This document shows positions 1 to 10,565 of a stretch of 64,000 nucleotides of DNA, piece by piece. The DNA is from an uncultured delta proteobacterium (GTDB lineage: Bacteria > Desulfobacterota > Desulfobacteria > Desulfobacterales > Desulfosalsimonadaceae). The notes under the pieces are model-generated. The model was not told the DNA's origin. It did no database searches and saw nothing but the letters and a program-made list of their open reading frames with translations. Every line of letters starts with the position of its first letter. The stretch's first letter is position 1. The stretch spans positions 384,001 through 448,000 of the forward strand of contig CAWGYD010000006.1 in assembly GCA_963826785.1 (NCBI GenBank). Reading direction: 5' to 3'. Made by a program: the position numbers and the translations under genes.

Positions 1-1153
1 CCAGGTTTTCCTGGGGGTGCCCCCCCTTCATCCCGTTCAGGAAATTGCGTTCGCTGATGAATTCAAAGAAAAACCCGTCTTCCCCCTTATCCAGCCGGAC
101 CTTGGAAGGGGTATGCCCCCGGCTGACGATCTGAAAACGTTCGATGGAAAAGTCATTGAACCCTTTCAGGTCGGCAAACATCTTGCGAACATCGGAATTT
201 GCCGTGAGATTCAGCTTGTCCACCAGAATGTGAAGGGCCTCGTGTTCGGCGATCACGGCCAGCTCATTGACCGGTTCATCTTTGAATGTATTGATATAAA
301 ACCAGATGTCATTCTGATTCAAGCAGGTGACTGCATTTCGGATATCATCATAGGCGATGACGTGAACCGTTTTGACCAGATCCGTATGAAAGGCCGACTC
401 GACGGCGGCCACACCATCTGAAATTGCCTGAAGCCGGTCATCCGAATCCGCAAGCGCATGGTCCAGATCCGTTTTTTGCAGTCCGATGTATCGGAAACCG
501 CACACCCCCTCGGACGCGCACGCTTGCGTGTCGATGCCGCCGCTGTGGGATATCCCCAGTCGATATGCCGCATCTCCGGTTGAAATCTCCACCCGGAAAT
601 TAGATTTACTGCAGACGGTGTCCCCCGGCACCGAGGGAAAAAAGGAGTACACCTCCGGGCAGTCCGACCGCGATCGGCTGTTTTGGGTCAAAACCGCAGA
701 TTCAGTCACCAGCAGGTCAGAGTTGCCGATGGGATTGGATTTAACCAGCTGGGCCGGATTAATGGTGCCGTAATATCCAAGGGAAAATTCGCCGTTGGCC
801 TCTTGCCGGACCGGCGACATGGATTTGCCGTCTACCCGGATGTCAAGCCCCGGTTTTCCCACCGCCACGATTCCGCTGACATATCCCGATATGGACAGAG
901 AACCGCTCTGCTTAAGCGAATCGCCGTCAAACACCCGGGTCCCCATTTTACCATTTTCCACCCGGTAAATCTTGAGCGCCAGCAGATCGTCAGGCATCTT
1001 TGCGGCTGACGATGGTTCCGCGTCAGATACTGATCCTCCGCCGGCCGGGCATACCCCCGTCTCCGTGTAGCCCATGACGGGGCCCATAAGGAAAAACCAC
1101 GACAAGGTCATCACAACAATAAATGAATATTTAAAAAGATGTTTACAATGTAT
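1..1153 (-). CDS. Secreted putative zinc metallopeptidase (HExxH); runs off the left edge, start uncertain (ATG at 1111 or a non-ATG codon upstream)
   Basis: Absent from the ORF track because there is no stop in the window. Manual translation is open from ~1150 to base 1, with a hydrophobic N-terminus (FKYSFIVVMTLSWFFLMG) and AVIAEHEALHIL (HEALH at 230-244). Confidence 0.7.
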   Translation of the reverse strand, partial: MHCKHLFKYSFIVVMTLSWFFLMGPVMGYTETGVCPAGGGSVSDAEPSSAAKMPDDLLALKIYRVENGKMGTRVFDGDSLKQSGSLSISGYVSGIVAVGKPGLDIRVDGKSMSPVRQEANGEFSLGYYGTINPAQLVKSNPIGNSDLLVTESAVLTQNSRSRSDCPEVYSFFPSVPGDTVCSKSNFRVEISTGDAAYRLGISHSGGIDTQACASEGVCGFRYIGLQKTDLDHALADSDDRLQAISDGVAAVESAFHTDLVKTVHVIAYDDIRNAVTCLNQNDIWFYINTFKDEPVNELAVIAEHEALHILVDKLNLTANSDVRKMFADLKGFNDFSIERFQIVSRGHTPSKVRLDKGEDGFFFEFISERNFLNGMKGGHPQENL

Positions 1154-1265
1154 ATCCGGTACAGCCGGTATGTGCGCGGACCGATATGACCAATTCAAAA
1201 CAAACCCACCCCGATAATGAAAATGTCCAATTTGCAAATTTCATATTTAATTTCCGTTTACGTGA

Positions 1266-1282
1266 AGCAAAAAATATACCAG
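1266..1282 (-). promoter_or_regulatory. Putative sigma54 -24/-12 promoter
   Basis: Minus strand CTGGTATATTTTTTGCT has exact GG-N10-GC spacing and TTGCT at -12, upstream of the HExxH gene. Confidence 0.55.
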
Positions 1283-1427
1283 AGGGCCGGGCGGTTGCGG
1301 AATCGGCTGCTTTCGGGGAATACGGCAAGGCCGCATCCGAATAAAATCGGGGCGGATAGGGCTGATTTCGAATTTGTAAAATATTGTGGGTGAAAAAGGC
1401 AGGGGTAGAGCCGCTTCAGTCAGCTAT

Positions 1428-1462
1428 TTACAATAATTGTCACACCTGATTACAATAATTGT
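1428..1462. promoter_or_regulatory. Tandem near-palindromic sites, candidate enhancer (UAS)
   Basis: TTACAATAATTGT occurs exactly at 1428-1440 and 1450-1462 (22-bp period), about 150-180 bp upstream of the sigma54 motif. Confidence 0.5.
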
Positions 1463-1528
1463 TACTATTTGGAAGCGAATAGAAACGCAAATACTGAATT
1501 ACCAAAGATTGGCGGAAGATTTCAGATC

Positions 1529-1586
1529 AAAAAGAGACCCGTGAATACCGGTATGGATAATTCCATTCTGGTATCCCGGGTCTCTT
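1529..1586 (-). terminator. Long imperfect hairpin with T-tract downstream of the PRC-barrel gene
   Basis: Minus strand AAGAGACCCGGGATACCAG...CCGGTATTCACGGGTCTCTTTT. Confidence 0.55.
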
Positions 1587-1668
1587 GCACGCCTTAAAAC
1601 TTAGGGTGACCTGTGGTTTAAGCCTTCTTGAACCTACTTGTTCTCAAAATTCGATTACTTTTTTGACT

Positions 1669-2346
1669 TTATTGTCCCTCCTGCTGGGTTCCCTGCTGTC
1701 CCTGCTGATCCATCTGCATATCACTCGGCTGACCGGACTGCGATCCGGACTGACCGGTATCCTGCATCATCTGGTCCTGCTGGGAAGGCTGTGCGCCCTG
1801 GGAGCCGTAATATCCCCGGACCTGCTGATTCATGTCGCCCTGGGTAAAAGACTGCCAGTCATTCTTGCTGAAAGACGGCGCATTCTGAAGCTGATCCTGG
1901 TTAACGGAAACGGTTATGGCATTTTGATCCTGGCCGATATTCTGGGTCTGAACCTTGTCCCAGGGGATCGGTTTCAGCTCACCGCCACCGCCGGTTCCCA
2001 GGAATCCGCCACCTTGTGACAATACGATGAACTCGGCCTTGCCATCCTGGCCGATCACCACGTCAGACACTTTTCCGATATCCTTGCCCTGTTCATCCTG
2101 TACCGACTTGTCCATCAATTGGCTGACCCTGATGGCGCTCTGCTGGGAGCCCTGTGCCATCTGGCCCATCTGATCCGAACTGGATCCCGCACCCATCTGG
2201 TCCGAACTGGATCCCGCGCCCGTCTGGTCCATGGATTGCGAACTTGTTCCCGTGTCCGTTGCCGTATCGCTTGCCGCATATACCGGCGCCACCACAAATG
2301 TCACCATCACAAGCAATCCGATCAAGGTCATCTTAATTTTATTCAT
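1669..2346 (-). CDS. Secreted PRC-barrel domain protein with Q/S-rich low-complexity flanks
   Basis: Signal peptide (VYA-A); IRVSQLMDKSVQDEQGKDIGKVSDVVI and LKPIPWDKV match the PRC-barrel pattern; RBS AAGGAGG. Confidence 0.85.
   Translation of the reverse strand: MNKIKMTLIGLLVMVTFVVAPVYAASDTATDTGTSSQSMDQTGAGSSSDQMGAGSSSDQMGQMAQGSQQSAIRVSQLMDKSVQDEQGKDIGKVSDVVIGQDGKAEFIVLSQGGGFLGTGGGGELKPIPWDKVQTQNIGQDQNAITVSVNQDQLQNAPSFSKNDWQSFTQGDMNQQVRGYYGSQGAQPSQQDQMMQDTGQSGSQSGQPSDMQMDQQGQQGTQQEGQ
2165..2230. repeat. 27-bp coding tandem repeat (~2.4 copies, GAGSSSDQM)
   Basis: Units start at 2165, 2192 and 2219. Confidence 0.8.
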
Positions 2347-2766
2347 AAAACATCCTCCTTTTATGTCTAAGCTACGTTGTTGTCACCCAAGTTTTCGGAC
2401 CGGGAATAAACCCGTATCCATTTTGGTTAACCATAATGAACCTGACCATATCCGACAATAAAGCCCATCCTGTATCTTTTGAAGAAAGTTCATGTATCAG
2501 CAGAACGCGGGAAAACGCGATCTTCCGCCGGGCCAGGTGCAAAGAACCCCTTGTAAAGGGGCTTTTGATGGGTACGGTTACTGCCAAAAATGCCGGCCAT
2601 TGGTTTAACCAGAGGAAAAATAATTAAAGTTCAGCATATTGCGCTTAAAAAGACGCGTCCGGATTTTCTTTTGAGCTAAAAGCGGGTATAATGAAAAATT
2701 TACCGGTGGGAGAAATTGAACAAGCTTTTGATTATCTGAAAGCAGGACAGCAAGGAGCAAATCCCC

Positions 2767-3099
2767 ATGAAAGAAGAGCAGAGCAAACGCAAACGGCTCC
2801 GGATCGATTTTGAAGCCAGTGTCAACCTGTTCTTTGACGCACCGGAGCGCACCCTCCGCGCCAATATGAAAAACATCAGCATGAAGGGCATTTTTGTTGA
2901 AACCGATGCGGCCATTCCCGTGGGTTCACCCTGCCGGGTGGAGATCGTCATCTCCGGGAAAAACAGCCGGCTGATCATGGAAACTGAAGGAATCGTCTGC
3001 CGGCATGATCCGCACGGCTTCGGCATTCAGTTTATCAACCAGATGGAATGGCTGGCCCTGTTTTCCATTTTCGAACCCTACGGCAGGACCCGGAAGTGA
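2767..3099 (+). CDS. PilZ domain protein
   Basis: RKRLR (RxxxR) and NISMKG (D/NxSxxG) motifs; C-terminal GFGIQF. Confidence 0.85.
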   Translation: MKEEQSKRKRLRIDFEASVNLFFDAPERTLRANMKNISMKGIFVETDAAIPVGSPCRVEIVISGKNSRLIMETEGIVCRHDPHGFGIQFINQMEWLALFSIFEPYGRTRK

Positions 3100-3188
3100 T
3101 TTGCCCACCCCGGAAAAAACCATTTATACCCCACCAGTGCCGTGTTTTTGCAGAAAGAAACTTTTTGAATCCTAACGGCCGCCGACGG

Positions 3189-3292
3189 CACACCCCCCTT
3201 TTATTCCCCCCTCAAGGGGGGATTGGGCATTGAAATTAAGACCAAATTCCCCCCTCGCGGAGGGACTCCTCTTTTTATTCCCCGCCCCTTTT
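3189..3292. repeat. REP-like C/G-run palindromic element, left arm
   Basis: CACACCCCCC...CCCCCCTCAAGGGGGG followed by two degenerate units. Confidence 0.8.
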
Positions 3293-4300
3293 ATATATTT
3301 ATCATAGAGCTTTGAATTTTCGGGCTTCTTTTCGCCAGAGTGCAATTCCTTTTGCAGTGCCAGCAACCGCCTCGTTTGTCTTTGTTCGTCTTCGGCAGCT
3401 CGCTCGCCGTTAAAATAAAGGTGGAGGTACATCCTCCGCTCGCCACGGATGGTATCTCCTTTGTTGGGACGCTGCTGGAGGTAATCTCATTTTATGGGAA
3501 TGCATGTAGCAAATACTTCATGGTTCTCGCAGTAATTTGTCCATTCTCGCAAAGAGTGACGAACGCTATCCAGTTGCTCTTTTACAAACCTTAAAGAAAG
3601 CTTGGCTCCAATGAGAAATTTGTGGTGCTCTATGTACAATTCATTGATATTTTCGGCGCTGAAAATCCTCGATCTATGACCAGATGAACCTTTTTCAGGT
3701 TGAGAAAATCCATATCTGCGAACATATTCCGGACGGTTTTGACATCGGTAACGTTTCCTGGCAGCTTGCGGTAATAAAACGGCAAACCTGATTCCTGGCC
3801 AAATACAAGGGCCAGATTGAGCTGCGCCAGATGATCGTGTTCCTTGTTCATTCCGTACCGGACCTGTTTCAGACACTCTGAGTAACTTGATACAGAGGTG
3901 ATATCGTAGGCTCAATATTCCTTCTCACAGCGCCGTGCTGCCTGGAGCTGGAAGAATCGATAGCGATCCTCTACTGTGATGGATGCAAAAAGCTCACTGC
4001 TTCTCTGGGATGGTATATCTTGCATGTGTGGATGTTGATGCAACGAAGACCATTTCGAAAAGCGACTCAGAGGGCTGTCTGCCTCGAGAATCAGATAGTA
4101 GGCAAGTGAGATGATTTGCTTATAGCTGTGAGGAAAACACTGCTGCAGATCCGAAACAAGTCCAAGCCTATCGCCAAGAACATCAAGCAGGTAGGTGGCA
4201 CCGTAAAATTTGCGGGAGGTTTCCGTGCCAGGGACAGGGCCTCTCTTGGCAGCCCTCAGGGCGGTAATCCCTTTTTGGGATCTGTTTGTTGCTTTTGTAT
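3293..4300 (-). pseudogene. IS1634-family transposase internal fragment, decayed
   Basis: Manual translation gives RKFYGATYLLD...YYLILE...Y*AYDITSVSSYS...YGMNKEHDHLAQLNLAL...LPGNVTDV...IDRGF...MYLHLYFN. In-frame TGA at 3912-3914 plus frameshifts; both ends missing; lower GC than neighbours. Confidence 0.85.
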
Positions 4301-4441
4301 GGGAAACTCCTTTTTTTTATTCCCCCCCTCGAGGGGAACTCCTTTTTTTATTCCCCCCTCGAGGGGGGCGCTTTTTTTATTCCCCCCCTCGTGGGGGACT
4401 CTTTTTTTATTCCCCCCTCGAGGGGGGCGAAGGGGGGTGTT
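4301..4441. repeat. Tandem array of four ~30-bp REP-like hairpin units ending in the right-arm motif GGGGGGTGT
   Basis: T-run-ATT-C-run-TCG(A/T)-G-run repeated four times. Confidence 0.85.
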
Positions 4442-4535
4442 GGACCTGCGGACAACAAAAAATTAAAAATCATTTAAAAGATTTGCCAAGTTAAGCGCCT
4501 TGAAAGGTTTCCGGGTCAGCAGGGCGGTCTTGACG

Positions 4536-6722
4536 CTATTTACCGCCGGTGCCCGGTTCCCGGCTCAAAAAACGGTGGTATTCGTACATTTTGGCCAGGG
4601 ATTTGACGGCCTGCTCGGGCGTGGGGAAAAAAAGACCGTGGTATTTGCGCCCCTCCAGGTGGTTTACCGTCAGGTCGTTTTCATCCTTGATCATGCTGAC
4701 CCCGAATATCGGCTTTCCATGAGTTTCCATCAGGGTCACGATGTGCTCGATGTATTTTTTTTCAAATTCGGCCAGGGCTTTTCCCATTTTCTCCAAGAAT
4801 TCCTCCGGCATGGTGGGATCGGCCATGCGCACCGAATTAGCCAATCGGGCCGCCATATGGCGGCGGCCCATGATCCCCAGGTTGACCACCGCGTCGCACC
4901 CCTCCCATTTCATCAGCGCTTCCATGACCGTAAAGGGCAATGAAAGATCCGTTTCGCCCACCAGGTCCACCGGGTTGGACCGGCTCCAGTAGGGCGGCAG
5001 GATTCCGTCCAGGCGGGCGATGATCGCATCGGTGAGTTCGGGCACTTTCAACCCATAGGACTCGCACAAATCCGCAGCGACCACCCCCCAGCCGCCCCCC
5101 AGGGTCATGATCGCCACCCGGTTGCCCTTGGGCAGGGGGACCGAGGAAAAGGCCGCCGACAGGTCGAGCAGGTCCATGGGCTTGTCCACCTTGACGATTC
5201 CGGCCTGACGGCATACGGCGTTGAACACCCGGGTGTTGGAGGACATGGCCCCGGTATGGCTGGAGGCCGCCTTGTTGCCCGCTTCGGTCTGGCCCCCCTT
5301 GAGCAGGACGATGGGCTTTTTTTGACCCAGGCGCCGGGCGCTCTCATAGAACCGCCGGCCGTTTTTCACGCTCTCGATATAAAGCATCACCGTGCGGGTC
5401 ACCGGGTCCACTTCAAAGGCTTCCAGGTAATCCTCGATGGTGATCATGGCCTCGTTTCCCGATCCACAGAACCCACGGATGCCGATGCCCTGGAGTTCGG
5501 CAAAGGTGAGCAGCTGGACGCCCATGTTGCCCGACTGGGCCACCACGGAAGTCGACCCCGGCCGGGGCCGCACATGGCTGCCGGCACAGTAGAAATTAAT
5601 GTGCGGGTTGATGATCCCCATGGTGTTGGGTCCGATCAGGGAAATGCCGGCGGCCCTGGCCAGGGCCACCAGTTCCTTTTCCTGGCGGGCGCCTTCCTCG
5701 CCGGTCTCGGCAAATCCGGAGGCGATCAAAAGCACCGATGTAATCCCCTTTTCCTTGAACTCCGGAATCAGATCCGGCACCATTTTCGCGGGGATGGTCA
5801 CCACCGCCACATCCACCCGTCCGGGGATTTCTTTGACCGAAGCAAAGACCGGACGGCCGGCGATGGTTCCGCCCTTGGGGTTGACCAGGTAAATGTCGCC
5901 CTTGAAACCGCCGCCGATGGTATTGGTCAGCAGGGTATAGCCCCATTTGCCGATCCGGCCGGAGGCCCCCACGAAGGCCACCGATCGGGGATAGAACAGG
6001 GCCGCCACCACCCCCGGTTCGGTCGGGGGAAGGAACTGTTTTTTGGAGGCGGAGGATCCCCTGATGACCAGGGCATCCACCGCCACGGGCTTGCCTTCCG
6101 GGGTGATGAGCAGCGGGTTGATGTCGACTTCGGCGACGTCGCTGCATTCAATCCCCACCCGGGAAAGCCCCACCAGCGTTTTCACCAGCGCATCCATGTC
6201 CACGGCCGCCTCTCCCCTGAAGGCCTCCAGCAGCTTCCGGGACCTGATTTCGCCGATCATGTCTGCCGCGTCTGATTCCGTCAGCGGGGCCAGCCGGAAG
6301 GCGACGTCGCCCAGGGCTTCCGTGAACACCCCGCCCAGTCCGAACATGACCACCGGACCGTAGGTGTCATCACGGAACAGGCCGGCCACCAGTTCGCGTT
6401 TTCCGGATACCTGGGGCTGGACCAAAAAGCCTTCCAGGCCGTCGCCGGCGCTTTCGGAAATCATCCGGGCGGCGTTTTCCACTTCCGCTGCGCTGGTTAC
6501 GTTCAAGTGCACCAGGTTGCTTTCGGTCTTGTGCAGCAGCGTCCTTCCCAGCCCCTTCACCACGACCGGATACCCGATGGATTCGGCGGCACGGACGGCT
6601 TCACCGGAAGTGGCGGCGGTCCTTTCCGGAACCACCGGAATGCCGAAGGGTTTCAAAAACTGCTTGGACTCGAATTCGGACAGGGCGCATAGCCTTTCCA
6701 CATGGTTTTCAGTTTCACTCAT
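4536..6722 (-). CDS. ADP-forming acetate/acyl-CoA ligase, fused (ATP-grasp domain N-terminal)
   Basis: LSEFESK, GYPVVVK, HKTE, EVDINPL, then the CoA-binding PRSVAFVGAS, GPNTMG and SHTGAM (phospho-His). Confidence 0.9.
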   Translation of the reverse strand: MSETENHVERLCALSEFESKQFLKPFGIPVVPERTAATSGEAVRAAESIGYPVVVKGLGRTLLHKTESNLVHLNVTSAAEVENAARMISESAGDGLEGFLVQPQVSGKRELVAGLFRDDTYGPVVMFGLGGVFTEALGDVAFRLAPLTESDAADMIGEIRSRKLLEAFRGEAAVDMDALVKTLVGLSRVGIECSDVAEVDINPLLITPEGKPVAVDALVIRGSSASKKQFLPPTEPGVVAALFYPRSVAFVGASGRIGKWGYTLLTNTIGGGFKGDIYLVNPKGGTIAGRPVFASVKEIPGRVDVAVVTIPAKMVPDLIPEFKEKGITSVLLIASGFAETGEEGARQEKELVALARAAGISLIGPNTMGIINPHINFYCAGSHVRPRPGSTSVVAQSGNMGVQLLTFAELQGIGIRGFCGSGNEAMITIEDYLEAFEVDPVTRTVMLYIESVKNGRRFYESARRLGQKKPIVLLKGGQTEAGNKAASSHTGAMSSNTRVFNAVCRQAGIVKVDKPMDLLDLSAAFSSVPLPKGNRVAIMTLGGGWGVVAADLCESYGLKVPELTDAIIARLDGILPPYWSRSNPVDLVGETDLSLPFTVMEALMKWEGCDAVVNLGIMGRRHMAARLANSVRMADPTMPEEFLEKMGKALAEFEKKYIEHIVTLMETHGKPIFGVSMIKDENDLTVNHLEGRKYHGLFFPTPEQAVKSLAKMYEYHRFLSREPGTGGK

Positions 6723-6996
6723 TTCTCTGTTCCTGTCTTTAAAAACAATTGAATATATTAAAAATGAAGAGATCGATGTGCAGGACCGAAATCTTTTGTT
6801 TATCCTAACCCACGGGCATTTTCAAGTCGGAACAACACCGCTGACCGAACAGGAGACGGTCGGAAAAATTCACCGGCACATGCTGGAACAAGCAGGCGAA
6901 CGGTTCGCTTTTGTGAAAATGCCGGGATTTAAATTTTTAAAAACATAACGCGGCAAATGGTTTAAATCATTTAATTCTTTTGATTTCGCAAGTCCA

Positions 6997-7120
6997 ACAC
7001 CCCCCTTTGCCCCCCTCAAAGGGGGGAATTAAAAAAGATCTTCTCGACCCTTCCTCTATTCCCCCCTTGAGGGGGGCGAAGGGGGGTGTCGGACCGCCAG
7101 CCTCGAGGGGGGGGGATTAA
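6997..7120. repeat. REP-like inverted doublet plus a partial unit
   Basis: ACACCCCCCTTTGCCCCCCTCAAAGGGGGG ... CCCCCCTTGAGGGGGGCGAAGGGGGGTGTC. Confidence 0.85.
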
Positions 7121-7250
7121 ACCCCGGGTCAGATTCAATGGCAGGGCGCAGGCTGATGAAAAAGCCCGTCATAATGGAATATGCGAGTATTTTGAAGAAG
7201 CCTGAAACGCCGTCGTGGACCTATAGACGGGGTTTTAACACCACTTCTGA

Positions 7251-7592
7251 TTATTTATCTTTGGGAGCGGACTGATCCGGGGACAGAACCACCAGATTGG
7301 ATTTTTCTTTTTTGAAGCGCAGGCCTTTGTGATCAAGGCCGACTTCCTCAATGGAGATGATGGAATAGATGGACAGGTGCAGGTTTTTGACCCCCTCGAA
7401 ATGTTTCTTCTGATCCTCTTCCTCCGGATTGATCACCCGGGATCCGGTTTCGAAGACAAAGTCCGAAATGGCCACAAAGGAAAGCCCCAGGGACGAATCC
7501 GTCACCGTGCCGGCTCTGAGCGTCATGACTTTACCGGTTTTGGGTTCCCGGTAGGTGATGATGAAATAGGTTTCCTTCTTTTTTTGTGCCAT
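7251..7592 (-). CDS. DUF1820-like protein
   Basis: FVAISDFVF...VINPEEE...FEGVKNLHLSIYSIISIEEV resembles DUF1820. Confidence 0.65.
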   Translation of the reverse strand: MAQKKKETYFIITYREPKTGKVMTLRAGTVTDSSLGLSFVAISDFVFETGSRVINPEEEDQKKHFEGVKNLHLSIYSIISIEEVGLDHKGLRFKKEKSNLVVLSPDQSAPKDK

Positions 7593-7846
7593 TTTCAAAT
7601 TTCATTTCGGGTTGAGGCCAGGCGCTGGTCGAACGGACTCATAATATAAAATAATGCAGCGCTTTTGTCAAAGCCGTATATCGCTTCTTTTGCAATGCGA
7701 TAGGCCTTTTGCCCGCCACCCAAAATAGTCCTGTTCTCGACTGCCTTGCCGATTGCCCGGTGGTCATGGAAATGTTATGATGGGTCAAGACCATCGGATT
7801 CAATCGAATACGGCAATGATGTATAAAAAAGAAGGAGAGCGTTTAA

Positions 7847-8131
7847 ATGGAAGATGAAAAAAAACAGCCCCAGCCGCTGCAGGTGAAAACCGGGGATGAA
7901 ATGTCACGGGGACGGTTCAGCAATTCCATGTTCATCACCCACAGTCCGGAAGAGTTCATCATCGACTGGCTCCTGTCCTCGCCCACCGGAACCCACCTGA
8001 TGTCGCGGATCATCGTCACCCCCGGGCACGTCAAGCGGATCATCAGCGCACTGTCCGAGAACCTGGCAAAATACGAGGAGAAATTCGGCGAGGTCAAGCC
8101 CATCGCTCCGGGCGAACAGACCTTCCACTGA
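7847..8131 (+). CDS. DUF3467-like protein
   Basis: GRFSNSMFITHSPEEFIIDW...SRIIVTPGHVKR...ENLAKYEEKFG; RBS AAGGAG. Confidence 0.75.
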   Translation: MEDEKKQPQPLQVKTGDEMSRGRFSNSMFITHSPEEFIIDWLLSSPTGTHLMSRIIVTPGHVKRIISALSENLAKYEEKFGEVKPIAPGEQTFH

Positions 8132-8144
8132 GGCGGGGACGCGA

Positions 8145-10498
8145 TTATTCGATCTGTTTGAAGAATTCGTCCGTGTCCGTGACCACCACGTTCGGCTGGG
8201 CGGTATGGGTGGCCGGGACCGTCCCTTCCTTGAAGCACTCGAAGATCACGTTTTCAGATTCGGACACCGGCAGGAGCCCCGTGTCCGAATCGATTTTAGC
8301 AAATACCACGGAGTCGGGAACGGGAAAGACCCGCACCGGTTTTCCTTCCAGTGCCTTCTGCATGAACTCGAGCCAAATGGGGCTGGCCGCCCGGGACCCG
8401 GTCTCCCGGATGCCCAGGGTCTTTTCATAATCGAAACCCACCCATACACCGGTGATGTATTCCGGGGTGTACCCCATGAACCAGGCGTCGTTTAACTCAT
8501 TGGTGGTGCCCGTCTTGCCCGCCACCGGCCGCTTCAGTTCACGGACCCGCCACCCGGTCCCCTGCTGCACCACCCCTTCCAGGAGGTGGGTGATGATATA
8601 GGCCGTGCTCTCATCGATGACCTTCTTTCGGGTGGCCTGGTGCTCGAAAACCACTTTTCCGTTCCGATCCACGATTTTTTTGATAAAGCAGGGGTTGATC
8701 AGATATCCCTTGTTGGCAAACACCGAATATGAATTCACCAACTCCAGAAGCGATACCCCGGAAGAGCCCAGGGCCAGGGACAGGTCCTTGTCCAGATGGC
8801 TGGTGATGCCCAGTTTACGGGCATAGCCGATGGTATAATCGATTCCGATGTCGCGAAGGATTTTGACGGTGATCACGTTTCTCGACTTGATCAGGCCTTC
8901 GCGAAACAGGGTGAAGCCGTGAAAGGTGTTGTCATAGTTGTTGGGTTTCCAGGTGAAATCATGGTCCGTATCCTCGAAAACGATGGGGGAATCCACGATC
9001 AGCGTGGCCGGGGTATACCCCTTATCCAGGGCCGCGGCATAGATGATCGGCTTGAAGGCCGACCCGGGCTGCCGCTGGGACTGGATGGCCCGGTTGAACT
9101 GGCTGTTGGTGAAATCCCGTCCGCCCACCATCGCCCGCACATTCCCGGTTTCCGACTCCATGCAGAGCAGGGCGGACTGGACCTGGGGGGTCTGCTCCAG
9201 GGCCAGGGGCCAGGGATCGGCCGCGTTCTTTTTTGCTTTCAGCCGCACCAGGATGACATCGCCCACCGACAGGGCCTGTGCGGGTCGGTCACACGCACCC
9301 GTTCCGGTTCGATTGACGGGTCCGGTTTCCGCGCCCATTTCATATCCTTCAAGGCGATGACGCCGCGCTGGTTCCCCATCCGGACCAGGACCGTGTCCTC
9401 GCTCGAATCGATCCGGATGACCACCCCCTTCGTAATCATGCCTTCGTGGACCAGAGACGGTTTCAGTTCCGATTCCAGGCGCTGCGAAAACTGCTCGATC
9501 TGCTCGGGTGCCAGGTGCTCGATGGGGCCCCGGTAGCCCTGGCGCTTGTCCACCTCACGCAGCCCTTTTTCAATGGCCTCACGGGCCATGTTCTGCATGT
9601 CGATGTCCACACAGGTATAGACCTGGTAGCCCTGGGTGTAAAAATCGTCTTTCCCGAACTGCTCCACCAAAAGCCGCCGCACGTGCTCGGTGTAATAGGG
9701 CACATGCTCCATGTAGAGATTTTTCCGGGGATAGATATCCAGCCGGGTGTTGATGGCCGCGTCGGCCTCCTGCCGGTTGATAAACCCCTCCGACACCATC
9801 CGGTTTAACACATAGATCTGGCGCTTCTGGGCCCGTTCCGGATAGGTGAATGGCGAATACCGGCTGGGGGCCTGGGGCAGACCGGCCAGCATGGCGCATT
9901 CGGCCAGGTTCAGGTCCTTTGCGGATTTTCCAAAATAATTTTCCGAGGCCGCCTCCACCCCGTAAGCGCCGTGCCCCAGGTAGATCTGGTTTAAATACAG
10001 GTACAGGATCTGATCCTTGGTAAACCGCTTATCGATGCGGTAGGCCAGAATGGCTTCCTTGATCTTTCGCGAGTAGCTGCGTTCCGGGGTGAGAAAAAAA
10101 GACTTGGTGACCTGCTGGGTGATGGTGCTCCCCCCCTGGACGATCTGGCCCGCCTCCAGGTTCTTGAAAAAAGCCCGGACAATGCTGTGCAGGTCGATGC
10201 CCCCGTGTTCGTAAAAACGGCTGTCTTCCGCCGATATGAAGGCCTGGGTCAGGTATTTCGGCATGGCCGCAAGATCGATCACCACCCGGCGCTCTTTTGA
10301 AAATTCAGCGATTTTGCGGTTGTCATCCGCATAGAAGGTGGTGACGATGGGAGGCTGGTAGTCCCTGAGGGTGGTGATCCTGGGAAGATCGGAGCCGAAA
10401 TAGAAATAGAGGCCGGCGATCATGGCCACGCCGGCAAACAGGCCCGCGAGGCCCAGAATGAACAGCCATTTCAAAAATGCAATCAACCCTCTTGTCAT
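8145..10498 (-). CDS. mrcA: Penicillin-binding protein 1A, split by one frameshift near 9280
   Basis: N-terminal TM; transglycosylase EDSRFYEHGGID and QGGSTITQQ; transpeptidase GSAFK, SRN and KTG. ORFs 9239-10498 and 8145-9338 overlap. Confidence 0.9.
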
Positions 10499-10565
10499 CC
10501 GCTTTTCCTGTAATGCTTATCGCCGCCCCGAAAAGTAGCAGCTTAATAAGGGTTGGTGCCCAAAG

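Noticed and set aside
1585..1660. Possible 6S RNA (CTTGAACC motif)
   Set aside because: Only one short motif is present, without the long flanking duplex; the nearby hairpin is better explained as a terminator.
2570..2585. Sigma54-like GG-N10-GC upstream of PilZ
   Set aside because: Weak match with no supporting enhancer sites noticed.
4301..4441. CRISPR-like tandem array
   Set aside because: Units are contiguous at ~30 bp with no unique spacers, there are no cas genes, and the unit matches the dispersed REP-like family.
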